Origin: Kiritimatiellia bacterium
Lineage (GTDB): Bacteria; Verrucomicrobiota; Kiritimatiellia; RFP12; UBA1067
DNA length: 64,000 bases
Assembly (NCBI GenBank): GCA_045636065.1
Contig: JAZTWW010000015.1
Coordinates: 2,595-66,594, forward strand
Direction of reading: 5' to 3'
Below the pieces are notes generated by a model. That model worked only from the letters and a program-made list of their open reading frames with translations. It was not told the DNA's origin and searched no databases. The position numbers were made by a program, and so were the translations under genes. Shown here piece by piece: positions 40,221 through 49,180 of the stretch (position 1 is its first letter; each line of letters opens with the position of its first letter).

Positions 40221-40897
40221 TGCCCTGCCACTACCATCTGAACGAGGTCTTCTCCTCGCTCCAGGGTGAAGGCCTCAACCAGGGGCTCCCCGCGACGTTC
40301 GTTAGATTCGCCACGTGCAACCTTTCATGCCCGTGGTGCGACACGAAGAAGAAGGACAAGCTCACGATGTCCCTCGAGGATACGCTCGCGCGAGTCGGGC
40401 GCTACCGCAACACGGCCGTGATCCTGACGGGAGGCGAGCCGTCGATCCAGCCCGGGCTTGAGGAGCTTGTCGACGCCCTCCACGCCAAGGGGCACTGGGT
40501 GGCCCTTGAGACGAACGGCGTCATAGCGCCCAAGTGCATCGACGCCTTCGACTACGTGGCCGTTTCGCCGAAGGCAGATTTCGCGGCGAGATACGTCGAT
40601 ACCGTCATGCTGAGGAAGGCGAACGAAGTGAGGATCGTCGCGACAAGCGAGCAGATCGCGTCGTTCTGCCGCCTTATGAGAAGCCTCATAAAGGCGGACA
40701 GGTACTACATCTCCCCTCTGGAGGAAAAGGGCAAGATCCACTACAGAAGGGCGGTAAACCTCCTTCTGAGGCTCAACAAGGGCCATATCTCAGGCGTGGA
40801 CGAAAGGAAGGATTCCGGTTTGGGGGGCGGCCTCAATGAGGAGTTTCCGCCGTGGAGCCTTTCCATACAGATGCACAAGGTTCTCGGCATAAAGTGA
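40220..40897 (+). CDS. queE: 7-carboxy-7-deazaguanine synthase (radical SAM)
   Basis: EVFSSLQGEG and the CNLSCPWCDT CxxxCxxC cluster. ATG 40220 overlaps the carB stop (TGATG). Confidence 0.85.
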
Positions 40898-40916
40898 TTT
40901 GCGGAAGGCGGCTTTA

Positions 40917-42104
40917 ATGGGCAGTGTTGCGATTGCTGTTCTGGCGCTTGCCGTCGTCGCTTTGGCGGCGGCGCTCGTATGGGCTCTTGTGGCGGCCACC
41001 AAGGCTAAGCTCGCCCTTGAGCGCAGCGAGATCGTCGGCAGGGAGCTCGACATGGCGCGCAAGGAGGCGATTGACGCCCAGGTGAAGGCGCTTGAGACGC
41101 GCTTCGGCGAGCTTGCCGCGACGCAGCTTGCAGAGAGGCAGAGCTCGCTCGTGAACCTCAACGCGCAGAACGTGGGGAACCTCTTCAAGAGCCTGAAGGA
41201 AAGCCTCCAGAAGTACGAGAAGGAGATCGAGGAGGCGAAGTCGGAGACGTCCAACAGCGCCAAGCGGCTCGACGCGAACGTAAGGGAGCTCCAGCGTTTC
41301 GCCGACGAGGCGCGCGCCTTCACGGCCGCGCTCAAGGGCGGCAACAAGATACAGGGCAACAAGGGCGAGGAGATCCTCGCTTCGCTCCTTGCGGAGAGCG
41401 GCTTTACGGAGGGACGCGAGTACGACCAGCAGATCGGCTCGCAGAGCGACGCCGGAAGGCCCGATCTCTGCATCTACGACGCTCTCGGGATGAACGCCAT
41501 ATACGTCGATGCGAAGATGAACATAAAGGATTTCATCGACGCCTACAACATGCCCGACGACGAGATGAGAAGGCCCGAGAAGAAGGCCGCTCTCGCAAGG
41601 CACGTCACAAGGATAAAGAAGCAGATACAGGACCTTTCCGACAAGGACTATCCGCATACAGTCAAGCCGAAGAAGGAAGGTTATGCGCCTCTTCCGCTCG
41701 TTGCGATGTTCTGCCCGTTCAACGCCGTCCTTGAGGCGGCGCTCCAGGAGGAGCCTTCGCTCATGCATTTCGCGTTCGAGAGGAACATAGTCCTCGTCAC
41801 GCCGACGACGCTCTGGGGATACCTCCTTCTCGTTTCGCACGGGTGGAGGCGCGTGGAGGCCGAGAGGAAGATCGAGGACATACAGGCCCTCGGCGGCAAG
41901 GTCGTCGAGAAGATTGACGAGCTTATGCAGGATATTTTGAACATCGGCGCGGCGCTCGAGAAGGCCACGGAGTCGTACGAAAGGCTCTCGAAGCATGCGG
42001 GCGAGAAGGGGCAGATGTCCGTCAAGCGCGTTGCCGAGGAGCTTATGGGATACGGCGTTTCGCCGTCAAAGAAGCTAAAGGCCGTAGGGGCCGCAGAACG
42101 GTAG
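40917..42104 (+). CDS. rmuC: DNA recombination protein RmuC
   Basis: N-terminal TM helix, a long coiled coil, and a C-terminal nuclease-like core (PDLCIYDALGMNAIYVDAKMN...VAMFCPFNAVL...VLVTPTTL). The ORF track starts at TTG 40899. Confidence 0.88.
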   Translation: MGSVAIAVLALAVVALAAALVWALVAATKAKLALERSEIVGRELDMARKEAIDAQVKALETRFGELAATQLAERQSSLVNLNAQNVGNLFKSLKESLQKYEKEIEEAKSETSNSAKRLDANVRELQRFADEARAFTAALKGGNKIQGNKGEEILASLLAESGFTEGREYDQQIGSQSDAGRPDLCIYDALGMNAIYVDAKMNIKDFIDAYNMPDDEMRRPEKKAALARHVTRIKKQIQDLSDKDYPHTVKPKKEGYAPLPLVAMFCPFNAVLEAALQEEPSLMHFAFERNIVLVTPTTLWGYLLLVSHGWRRVEAERKIEDIQALGGKVVEKIDELMQDILNIGAALEKATESYERLSKHAGEKGQMSVKRVAEELMGYGVSPSKKLKAVGAAER

Positions 42105-42113
42105 AGGCGGCCG

Positions 42114-43064
42114 TCAGGGCGTCGAGATTATGATCTGCGAGCCCGGGGCGAGAAACGCCGAGATCTCGGCCATGTCTGGAGGGGAGAACTCCGCGCCGAG
42201 CGCCTTCATGGTCTCCTTAGCCTCCATCTCCTTCGTAAGCGTGCACGGCCCCTTGTGCGAATCCGGCTTCACGGAGCCGTAGTATCTGCGGAAGAACTTG
42301 CCGTTCACGAAAAGATCGGAGAAGCCTATCTTGGAGCGGACGACGAGAAGGCATCTCGGGAAGTTGAGCGTCCGCACCTTTGCACCCGGTTCAAGGTGTT
42401 TGCCGCCCTTCAGGGCGGGGTTCAGCATTTCAAGCGCGGCGAGCGTGGTGCCGCGCTCGCGGGCCATCCTTTCAAGCGTGTCGCCGCGCCTTGCCGAGAC
42501 CGTCGTAACGAGAAGCGTGTCCTCGCCGCCCAGAAGGCGTTTGACGTGCAGGTCACCGAGCCGCCTTGAAAGCGGATCCTCAAGGTCCGCGAGCGCGGGG
42601 TTGAGCCGTATGCCTTCGATGGTCGATACAATAAGAGCCTCGTCGCCGCTTCGTTCGGCGGCCGCAAGGCGCTCCAGAAGCGGCCGCACGCGGGCGGACC
42701 TGAGAGGGGCCGTGGAAAGCCATCTGGCGCTCAGCTCCCTCTGCTCCTTGGTAGGCTCGTGTGGAGCCTTCTGCGCGGCCTTGGCCTTGGGCGGGGATTC
42801 CTTGGCCTCGGTTTGAGGCTCGCTCGCCTGGGCGGCGGGCTGAGTCTGGCTTGAGCGCGCGTCCTTGGCGATAGAAGGGGCCTCTTCGCGGGCGGGTCCG
42901 CCGGAGGCGAACTTCGCGCGCACGCACCCGATCCCGCGCACCGTGAGGAACGATACTGCCGCCACGAGCGCGAGGACGGCGGCGGGCAGCTTCAGGGACG
43001 GGCCGCCGTCAAACTGGCTGCCCGGCCTGAAGCGTACGCCGAACCTTCCTTCCTCGACCGGCAT
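42114..43064 (-). CDS. membrane-anchored LysM domain protein
   Basis: TM helix LKLPAAVLALVAAVSFLTV, a low-complexity linker and a LysM domain (VSARRGDTLERMARERGTTLAALEMLNP). Confidence 0.75.
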   Translation of the reverse strand: MPVEEGRFGVRFRPGSQFDGGPSLKLPAAVLALVAAVSFLTVRGIGCVRAKFASGGPAREEAPSIAKDARSSQTQPAAQASEPQTEAKESPPKAKAAQKAPHEPTKEQRELSARWLSTAPLRSARVRPLLERLAAAERSGDEALIVSTIEGIRLNPALADLEDPLSRRLGDLHVKRLLGGEDTLLVTTVSARRGDTLERMARERGTTLAALEMLNPALKGGKHLEPGAKVRTLNFPRCLLVVRSKIGFSDLFVNGKFFRRYYGSVKPDSHKGPCTLTKEMEAKETMKALGAEFSPPDMAEISAFLAPGSQIIISTP

Positions 43065-43090
43065 CTCAGGTACCGTTCCTCAAGGCGGAA

Positions 43091-43423
43091 TCACTTGCTT
43101 GCGTCAGGAGCGGCGGGTATCACGCCCTGCACCGCGCCGCGCTCGATCTCGACGACAGTTCCGGAGGCGATCTCGATCCTGAACGTAGCCTCCTTCGCCT
43201 CGACTATCGTGCCGATGAAGCCGCCCGCGAAGACGACCCTGGCGCCAGCGCGCAGCTCGTCTATCATCTTGCGGCGCTCGCGCTCCTTGCGCTGCTGCGG
43301 CCTGATCATCATGAAGTAGAAGAGCGCGAAGATGATGAGCATCGGGAACATCATGCGCATGAGCTGGCCGGCGCCTTCGGGCTGCTGCTGGGCGGCGTCC
43401 GCCAGTGATATCAACGTTTCCAT
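43091..43423 (-). CDS. yajC: preprotein translocase subunit YajC
   Basis: MFPMLIIFALFYFMMIRPQQRKERERRKM... is the typical YajC core. Confidence 0.9.
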   Translation of the reverse strand: METLISLADAAQQQPEGAGQLMRMMFPMLIIFALFYFMMIRPQQRKERERRKMIDELRAGARVVFAGGFIGTIVEAKEATFRIEIASGTVVEIERGAVQGVIPAAPDASK

Positions 43424-43427
43424 CTTT

Positions 43428-44561
43428 CTATTCCTTCCGTTTTGTCTGGTCCTTGTGAAGCTGTTCTTTCCATTCGGGGAAGCTTCCGTCCTTTATCGCC
43501 TCGCGCATCTCGGATGCGAACTCCGTGAGGCGGTGGACGTTGTGTATCGTAAGAAGCCTCGAGCCGAGGATCTCGCCCGCGTTCATCAGATGCCGCACGT
43601 ACGAGCGCGTGAAGTTGCGGCAGCAGTAGCAGGAGCATCCCTCCTCGACGGGGCGCTGGTCCATCGCGAAGCGGCCGGCCTTTATGGCCACGTTGCCGTG
43701 GCGCGTCAAGGCCGTGCCGTGCCTGGCGACGCGCGTTGGGATGACGCAGTCGAACATGTCTATGCCGCGTGCGACGCACTCCGCCATCTGCGTCATCACG
43801 CCAAGCCCCATCACGTACCTTGGCTTGGACGCGGGAAGATACGGCACCGACGCCTCGACCGCCTTGTACATCGCCTCCTCAGGCTCGCCGACGGACACGC
43901 CGCCCACGGCGAACCCGTCGAAGGGAAGGGGGGTGAGGCTTTCGGCGCAGTGGCGGCGCAGGTCGTCGTAGATGCCGCCCTGGACGATCGCGAAGACGAG
44001 CTGCCCCTCGGCGTGCGGCGCGGCGAGCGACGCCTTCGCCCACTCGATCGTCGTCGCGACGCTCTTCTCGGCGCGCGAGCGCTCGCATGGCCACGGGAGG
44101 CATTCGTCGAAGACCATCGCTATGTCCGAGCCGAGCGTCCTCTGGACGGCCATCGATTCGGCGGGCCCGAGGAATATGCGCCTTCCGTCTATGTGCGAGT
44201 TGAAATAGCATCCCTCGGGCGTGAGCTTTCGCATCTTCGCGAGCGAGAACACCTGGAAGCCGCCGGAGTCCGTGAGGATGGGCCTGTCCCACGACATGAA
44301 GCGGTGGAGGCCGCCGGCGGCGGCGATGACGTCCATCCCCGGGCGCAGCATCAGGTGGTACGTGTTGCCGAGTATGATCGACGCGCCGTTCTCTATGAGG
44401 TCGCGCGGCTCGAGCGCCTTCACCGTGGCCTGCGTCCCAACAGGCATGAACACGGGCGTCTCCACCGCGCCGTGCGCAGTGTGCAGAATGCCCGCGCGCG
44501 CTTGCGAGCGCGCGTCCTCTGCGACGATTTCAAACGTCCCGATTTTGCCTGTTTCCGCCAT
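43428..44561 (-). CDS. tgt: queuine tRNA-ribosyltransferase
   Basis: TPVFMPVGTQATVK, LTDSGGFQV, and the zinc site CSCYCC...H. Confidence 0.97.
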   Translation of the reverse strand: MAETGKIGTFEIVAEDARSQARAGILHTAHGAVETPVFMPVGTQATVKALEPRDLIENGASIILGNTYHLMLRPGMDVIAAAGGLHRFMSWDRPILTDSGGFQVFSLAKMRKLTPEGCYFNSHIDGRRIFLGPAESMAVQRTLGSDIAMVFDECLPWPCERSRAEKSVATTIEWAKASLAAPHAEGQLVFAIVQGGIYDDLRRHCAESLTPLPFDGFAVGGVSVGEPEEAMYKAVEASVPYLPASKPRYVMGLGVMTQMAECVARGIDMFDCVIPTRVARHGTALTRHGNVAIKAGRFAMDQRPVEEGCSCYCCRNFTRSYVRHLMNAGEILGSRLLTIHNVHRLTEFASEMREAIKDGSFPEWKEQLHKDQTKRKE

Positions 44562-44572
44562 TGGAAGCTAAT

Positions 44573-44601
44573 AGTAAACCAAATTTCGCGGGAAGTTGCA
44601 A
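44573..44601 (-). promoter_or_regulatory. possible tgt promoter (minus strand)
   Basis: On the minus strand: TTGCAA (44596-44601), a 17-nt spacer, then TGgTTTACT (-10 at 44573-44578). The -10 ends only 11 nt before the tgt ATG, and no SD is visible. Confidence 0.35.
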
Positions 44602-44634
44602 GGGGTTGCGCAAAATTTTTTTTATTTTCCCCTC

Positions 44635-44663
44635 TTGCCATTTGGACGAATTTAGCGTATTAT
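44635..44663 (+). promoter_or_regulatory. promoter of the coiled-coil gene
   Basis: TTGCCA (44635-44640), a 17-nt spacer, then TATTAT (44658-44663). Confidence 0.55.
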
Positions 44664-44732
44664 ATACGGTGTCAAAAGACTGTGGCCAGGCTGCGGTCAT
44701 TCCAGCGAGAGAAAAAAAGAGGAAGAAACGAC

Positions 44733-45887
44733 ATGAACAAGGTTCTGCACGCGCTAGTACTCATCATTCTTGTCCTTGCGGGCATGGCGGGCTACTATGA
44801 GTTCAACCTGTTTCAGAAACGTTCGCTGCTGAGCGACAGGAACAAGCAGCTTGAGGAGGCGATCGTCTCCCTGGCGAAGACGTTCGAGGCCGAGGACGCG
44901 CAGCCCAAGGCCGCGCCCGAAGTCCAGAAGGACGTTTCCCCGTGCGAAGCCAAGGAGGTCGATTCCCCTGAAATGGTCGATCTGCTGGAAGGATACGACA
45001 TGAAGCTCGAGGAGGCCAACCTCCCGACGCTCGACCTCGACAAGGAAGGCAAGGACGGCAGGGTCCGCCGCCTCCAGCTGAGGAACCATCTTTTCATCGT
45101 TGGAGGAGCGCCCGTCGAGGACGAGGTCACGCCCGGCAAGTTCAAGACGACCGGTGAAGGCACGGCCGACGAGCTTATAGGCGAGATCAGCTCCCGCGCG
45201 AAGGAGCAGCTCACGAAGCTCAACAACACCCGCCGCGCCCTCGCGGAGATGCGCGAGCGCCTCGAGAAGCTCGCCAAGGACCACAACAAGCTCAAGCCCG
45301 AGCTCCGCGCCGAGAAGATCGCGCTCGAGGAGCAGAAGGCCAAGACTGTCGCCGTCGAGGGCGAGAAGGCCCAGCTTGAGGACCGCATCGCAAAGCTCAA
45401 GAGCCAGATCGACGATCTCAACGCCGAGGTGACGAGCCTCAAGGACGAGGTCCAGACCACGAAGGATGAGCTTGAGGCCGCCAAGGAGGAGGCCGAGAGC
45501 GAGCGCGCCAAGTCCGACCAGCTCCAGAAGATGCTCGTCGACATGCGCCAGCAGCAGACCGGTCCCGTCGTCTCCAAGGGTGCGACGAGCGCCGCCAACT
45601 TCACGTACGGCGAGAAGGGCAGCGTCACGAAGGTCGAGAACGAGATGCTCTGCGCGATCGTCAAGCTCTCCGACGAGGCCCTCACCGAGGTCATCGGCTC
45701 CGACCGCTCCCGTCCGCTTCCCATCCTCGATCTCGCGGTCCTTCGCACGATCGACGGCAGGCGCGAGATGATCGGCAAGATCAGGCTGCGCCAGTGGATC
45801 CAGAACACCAGCTACGTGATCTGCGACATCCTGGAGGATTGGAGCCAGGAAGAGATGGAGCCGGGCGATGTCGTCTTTGCGGAATAA
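44733..45887 (+). CDS. membrane-anchored coiled-coil protein, unknown function
   Basis: N-terminal TM helix VLHALVLIILVLAGMAGYY, ~130 aa of heptad-like Glu/Lys/Leu-rich sequence, and a ~100-aa globular C-terminus. The real start lies inside the 851-aa chimeric ORF 43332-45887. Confidence 0.65.
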   Translation: MNKVLHALVLIILVLAGMAGYYEFNLFQKRSLLSDRNKQLEEAIVSLAKTFEAEDAQPKAAPEVQKDVSPCEAKEVDSPEMVDLLEGYDMKLEEANLPTLDLDKEGKDGRVRRLQLRNHLFIVGGAPVEDEVTPGKFKTTGEGTADELIGEISSRAKEQLTKLNNTRRALAEMRERLEKLAKDHNKLKPELRAEKIALEEQKAKTVAVEGEKAQLEDRIAKLKSQIDDLNAEVTSLKDEVQTTKDELEAAKEEAESERAKSDQLQKMLVDMRQQQTGPVVSKGATSAANFTYGEKGSVTKVENEMLCAIVKLSDEALTEVIGSDRSRPLPILDLAVLRTIDGRREMIGKIRLRQWIQNTSYVICDILEDWSQEEMEPGDVVFAE

Positions 45888-46041
45888 CAAAGCCGTCATC
45901 CTTCTCGCAGCGCTTGCAGCCGCGCTCCTCTGCGGCTGCATAGCCGATACCGCGGAGGATTCCGATCTCCCGTGGTCGCAGAACAAGGGCTGGGAGGGCA
46001 TGATCCCTCTGCCCACTAACGCGATAAACCAGTATGATTGA
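45868..46041 (+). CDS. small (57-aa) putative lipoprotein, not in the ORF track
   Basis: MSSLRNNKAVILLAALAAALLCGCIADTAEDSDLPWSQNKGWEGMIPLPTNAINQYD. It has a signal peptide plus the L-C-G-C lipobox, and GGAG (45857-45860) lies 7 nt upstream. It overlaps the upstream gene by 20 nt and the downstream gene by 8 nt. Confidence 0.45.
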   Translation: MSSLRNNKAVILLAALAAALLCGCIADTAEDSDLPWSQNKGWEGMIPLPTNAINQYD

Positions 46042-46960
46042 GGGAGTCTCGTTCAAGGTTGAAGCGGGCGGCATCCGGTTGGATGCCCCCCTCGCTATGC
46101 GCTTCCCGACCGCCACGCGCCCGTTTGCGCGCGAGGCGTGCGAGGAGGGGCGCGTGAAGGTCAACGGGCGCACAGGCTCGAAGGGCATGAAGCTAAAGGC
46201 CGGCGATCTCGTCGAGGTGGAGGCGCTTGCGGAGGTCTCGGACAACCGCGTGACTCCGAACCCCCTCGTGAAGGTCCGCTGCATCTTCGAGGACGGCGCC
46301 ATCCTTGCCTTCGACAAGCCTGCGGGCATGCCCGTGCAGCCGATAAGGCGCAGTGAGACGGGAACTTTGATGAACGGTGTCGTCGCGAGATGGCCCGAGT
46401 GCGCGGACGTTGGCGACCAGCCCCTTATGGCCGGGGCCTTGCACAGGATCGACGCCGACACGAGCGGGCTTGTTCTCGCGGCCCGCACCCAGGAGGCCTT
46501 CGACGGCCTGCGCGCGCAGTTCGCCGCGCAGACGGTGGAGAAGAGATACCTCGCGCTCGTCGAGGGGTGCGTCGCCGTGGGCGGGACGCTCGAGAACGAG
46601 CTCGTGCACGACCCGACTCTCCCTTTCTGCAGGATGGTGGACTCCTCGCGCGTCCGCGCCAAGGTGAAGGCCGCGCCCATGCGCGCCGTCACGAACTTCG
46701 TCCCGGTGGCGCACGTGCGGGAGATGAACGAGGAGCGCACGCTCCTTGAAGTGACGATCTTCACCGGCGTCACGCACCAGATAAGGGCGCAGCTCGCCAT
46801 GGCGGGCATGCATATCATAAACGACAGGCTCTACGGCGCCTTCGCCATAGAGGGGATGACGGGCCATGCGCTCCATGCGCTGTCGGCGCGGTTTGTCCAT
46901 CCTCTCTCGGGTGAGCCGTGCGAGATAAGGACGTCGATGCCCGCCTGGGCGCTCGTCTGA
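46034..46960 (+). CDS. RluA-family pseudouridine synthase
   Basis: HRIDADTSGLVLAA (catalytic Asp), KRYLALVEG and THQIRAQLA. Confidence 0.88.
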   Translation: MIEGVSFKVEAGGIRLDAPLAMRFPTATRPFAREACEEGRVKVNGRTGSKGMKLKAGDLVEVEALAEVSDNRVTPNPLVKVRCIFEDGAILAFDKPAGMPVQPIRRSETGTLMNGVVARWPECADVGDQPLMAGALHRIDADTSGLVLAARTQEAFDGLRAQFAAQTVEKRYLALVEGCVAVGGTLENELVHDPTLPFCRMVDSSRVRAKVKAAPMRAVTNFVPVAHVREMNEERTLLEVTIFTGVTHQIRAQLAMAGMHIINDRLYGAFAIEGMTGHALHALSARFVHPLSGEPCEIRTSMPAWALV

Positions 46961-46982
46961 GGAAAGGAAAGAAGGTCCTTAA

Positions 46983-47231
46983 ATGGTTCTGGCGGCTGCA
47001 AGTGAAATGGTGGAGTTCCTGAGGGGGCTCCCGCACGGCGATGTCTGGATATGCGTCCTTGTGGGGCTTGCCGCGTGCATCATTGCCCGCGTCGTCATAA
47101 AGCGGATATTCCTCATTGTGGTCATCGCGGCCGCCATCGCGGCGTTCGCGTGGTGGGTCTTCTGCTCGGACGGCGAAACGGCGAACGCCATATCGGGCGA
47201 GGTGCGCAACCTTGAGAGGATGGTACGTTGA
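46983..47231 (+). CDS. small two-TM membrane protein
   Basis: 82 aa with two hydrophobic helices. A purine-rich SD region (gaggaaaggaaagaagg) lies upstream. No family recognised. Confidence 0.45.
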   Translation: MVLAAASEMVEFLRGLPHGDVWICVLVGLAACIIARVVIKRIFLIVVIAAAIAAFAWWVFCSDGETANAISGEVRNLERMVR

Positions 47232-47251
47232 TTTTGAAAGGAGAAGGTGAA

Positions 47252-47761
47252 ATGAATAAGACATCAATTGCCGTCGTATACCATTCATGGAGCGGCGACG
47301 GCAACACGCGTTTTGCGGCCGAGACGATAGCCAGGGCCGCAGAGGCGGACCTGTTCGAGATAAAGCCGGAAACGCCTTATCCGAACAACTATTCGAAATG
47401 CTGCGACGAGGCGAAGCCTGAGTGCTACGGAAAGGCCCTGCGTCCGGTGAAGCCCATCGAGGGGTTCGATCCCGCCAGGTACGACGTCATATTCGTCGGT
47501 ACGCCGAACTGGTGGGGGACGATGTCCCCGCCCGTGAGGTCCTGGGTGGCCGCGAACGCCGCCGCGCTCAAGGGCAAGACGCTCGCCATATTCCAGACGA
47601 ACGGCGGCGGCGGTCTCCAGCGCACGGGAAGGGAGTTCGCGGAGATGCTCCCCGAGTCGACGATACTCGACCCGAGGGCGTTCCCCGGCGCATCCGTAAG
47701 GCAGTCCGTGGCGGCGTTGGAGGCGTTCGTCTTTGAGCGCCTTGACGGAGAGCAGCGCTGA
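47252..47761 (+). CDS. flavodoxin-family protein
   Basis: IAVVYHSWSGDGNT (a flavodoxin-like FMN loop) and VIFVGTPNWWGTM. GGAGAAGG lies upstream of ATG 47252. Confidence 0.8.
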   Translation: MNKTSIAVVYHSWSGDGNTRFAAETIARAAEADLFEIKPETPYPNNYSKCCDEAKPECYGKALRPVKPIEGFDPARYDVIFVGTPNWWGTMSPPVRSWVAANAAALKGKTLAIFQTNGGGGLQRTGREFAEMLPESTILDPRAFPGASVRQSVAALEAFVFERLDGEQR

Positions 47762-49114
47762 ATGGGCTTCTGCAAAGCCTATGACATGAGAGGCACGTAC
47801 GGTTCCGATTTCGATCTCGGAACCGTAAGGGCCGTAGGCCGCGCCATCCCCGGGTTTCTCGGGGCGAAGCGCGTTCTCGTCGGCCGCGACGCGAGGCTCA
47901 CTTCGCCCGCAGTCGCGGCGGCTCTCGTAGGCGGGCTTGAAGAGGCGGGGGCCAAAGTCGATTACATGGGGCCTTGCACGACGCCGATGGTCTACTTCTT
48001 CACGGCCGAGGACGGATACGATGCAAGCGTGATGATTACGGCGAGCCACAATCCCCCTGGGGACAACGGCCTCAAGGTGAGCTCCAAGGGGGCGCTGCCT
48101 GTCGCCGGGACGGTCTTCAGCGAAGTGTGCGCATCTGCGGCCTCCGGGACCGGGGCTCTGCCTGACATCCATCCTGCCCCGATTGCAGACGATCCCGGGG
48201 AACGGTTCCTCGCGAGGTACTTGTCGTGGCTCAAGTCGCAGCGGGGGGCCTTCGACCCTTCGGCGACGAAGCTCAAGTTCGCGGTCGACTGCTCCGACGG
48301 CATGGCCGGGCTTTTCGCCCGCGAGCTCTTCGGCGGCAATGTCGTATATCTCAACGATGTTCCGGACGGCCGCTTTCCGCACCATTCGCCGAACCCGCTT
48401 GAGGCCAAGGCCAGGGAGCAGGTTTCGAGGACCGTCCGCGAAAATGGTCTTGATTTCGGCTTCATATTCGACGGCGACGCCGACAGGGTGATGGTCGTAG
48501 ACGGCAAGGGGGAGTTCATCCAGCCCGACTATCTCATACCTGTCATCGCATCGACGTTCGACGAGCCTGGAGCCAAGGTGATACACGATGTGAGAACGAG
48601 CCGCGGCGCCATCGAGGCGATACGCGAAGGCGGCAAGAGGCCTCTCATGGGCAAGGTGGGACATGCTTTCGCCAAGGTGCTTTTGAGGGAAAGCCACGCC
48701 GTATGCGGAGGCGAGCTGGCCGGCCACTACTATTTCCGAGACTTCCATTTCTGCGACAGCGCGGCGTTCGCCGCCTTGAGGATGCTTTCGGCCTTCGAGG
48801 GCTTCAAGGCAGCCGGGCTCGACATCCACTCGGCGCTAAAGCCCGTCATGGGCCGCTACGCCAACAGCGGCGAGATGAACTTCAAGGTCGCCGACAAGGC
48901 CGCGGCGACAAGGCGGGCGATTGAAGCTGCGTCCTCGTTCGGCAGGGAGATGGGCCGCGAAACGATGGACGGCGTGAGGCTCGAGTTCGAGGAAGGGTGG
49001 GTTTCCATAAGGGATAGCAACACCGAGCCGTATCTGCGGCTCATCGTCGAATGCGACAGCTTGGGGAGGCTTGAAGCATGGCGCTCGAAGCTCGTCGCCG
49101 CGATCAAGGGATGA
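47762..49114 (+). CDS. phosphomannomutase/phosphoglucomutase
   Basis: Phosphoserine loop TASHNPPGDNG, Mg loop FDGDADR, and GGELAGH. Confidence 0.92.
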   Translation: MGFCKAYDMRGTYGSDFDLGTVRAVGRAIPGFLGAKRVLVGRDARLTSPAVAAALVGGLEEAGAKVDYMGPCTTPMVYFFTAEDGYDASVMITASHNPPGDNGLKVSSKGALPVAGTVFSEVCASAASGTGALPDIHPAPIADDPGERFLARYLSWLKSQRGAFDPSATKLKFAVDCSDGMAGLFARELFGGNVVYLNDVPDGRFPHHSPNPLEAKAREQVSRTVRENGLDFGFIFDGDADRVMVVDGKGEFIQPDYLIPVIASTFDEPGAKVIHDVRTSRGAIEAIREGGKRPLMGKVGHAFAKVLLRESHAVCGGELAGHYYFRDFHFCDSAAFAALRMLSAFEGFKAAGLDIHSALKPVMGRYANSGEMNFKVADKAAATRRAIEAASSFGREMGRETMDGVRLEFEEGWVSIRDSNTEPYLRLIVECDSLGRLEAWRSKLVAAIKG

Positions 49115-49140
49115 GCCCGCCGCGAGGAGCGAATTTCCGC

Positions 49141-49169
49141 TTGCTTTTTGCACCGGATTGTGAGATAAT
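49141..49169 (+). promoter_or_regulatory. pcnB promoter (extended -10)
   Basis: TTGCTT (49141-49146), a 17-nt spacer, then TGaGATAAT (-10 at 49164-49169). ATG 49181 is only 11 nt past the -10 and no SD is visible. Confidence 0.45.
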
Positions 49170-49180
49170 ATCCGCTATTC

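Noticed and set aside
43332-45887. 851-aa + strand ORF, the longest hypothetical in the track
   Set aside because: It is a chimera. Its first ~1.4 kb runs antisense through yajC and tgt, which are unmistakable on the minus strand, and is Arg/Ala/His-rich. Protein-like sequence with a promoter, SD and TM helix begins only at ATG 44733.
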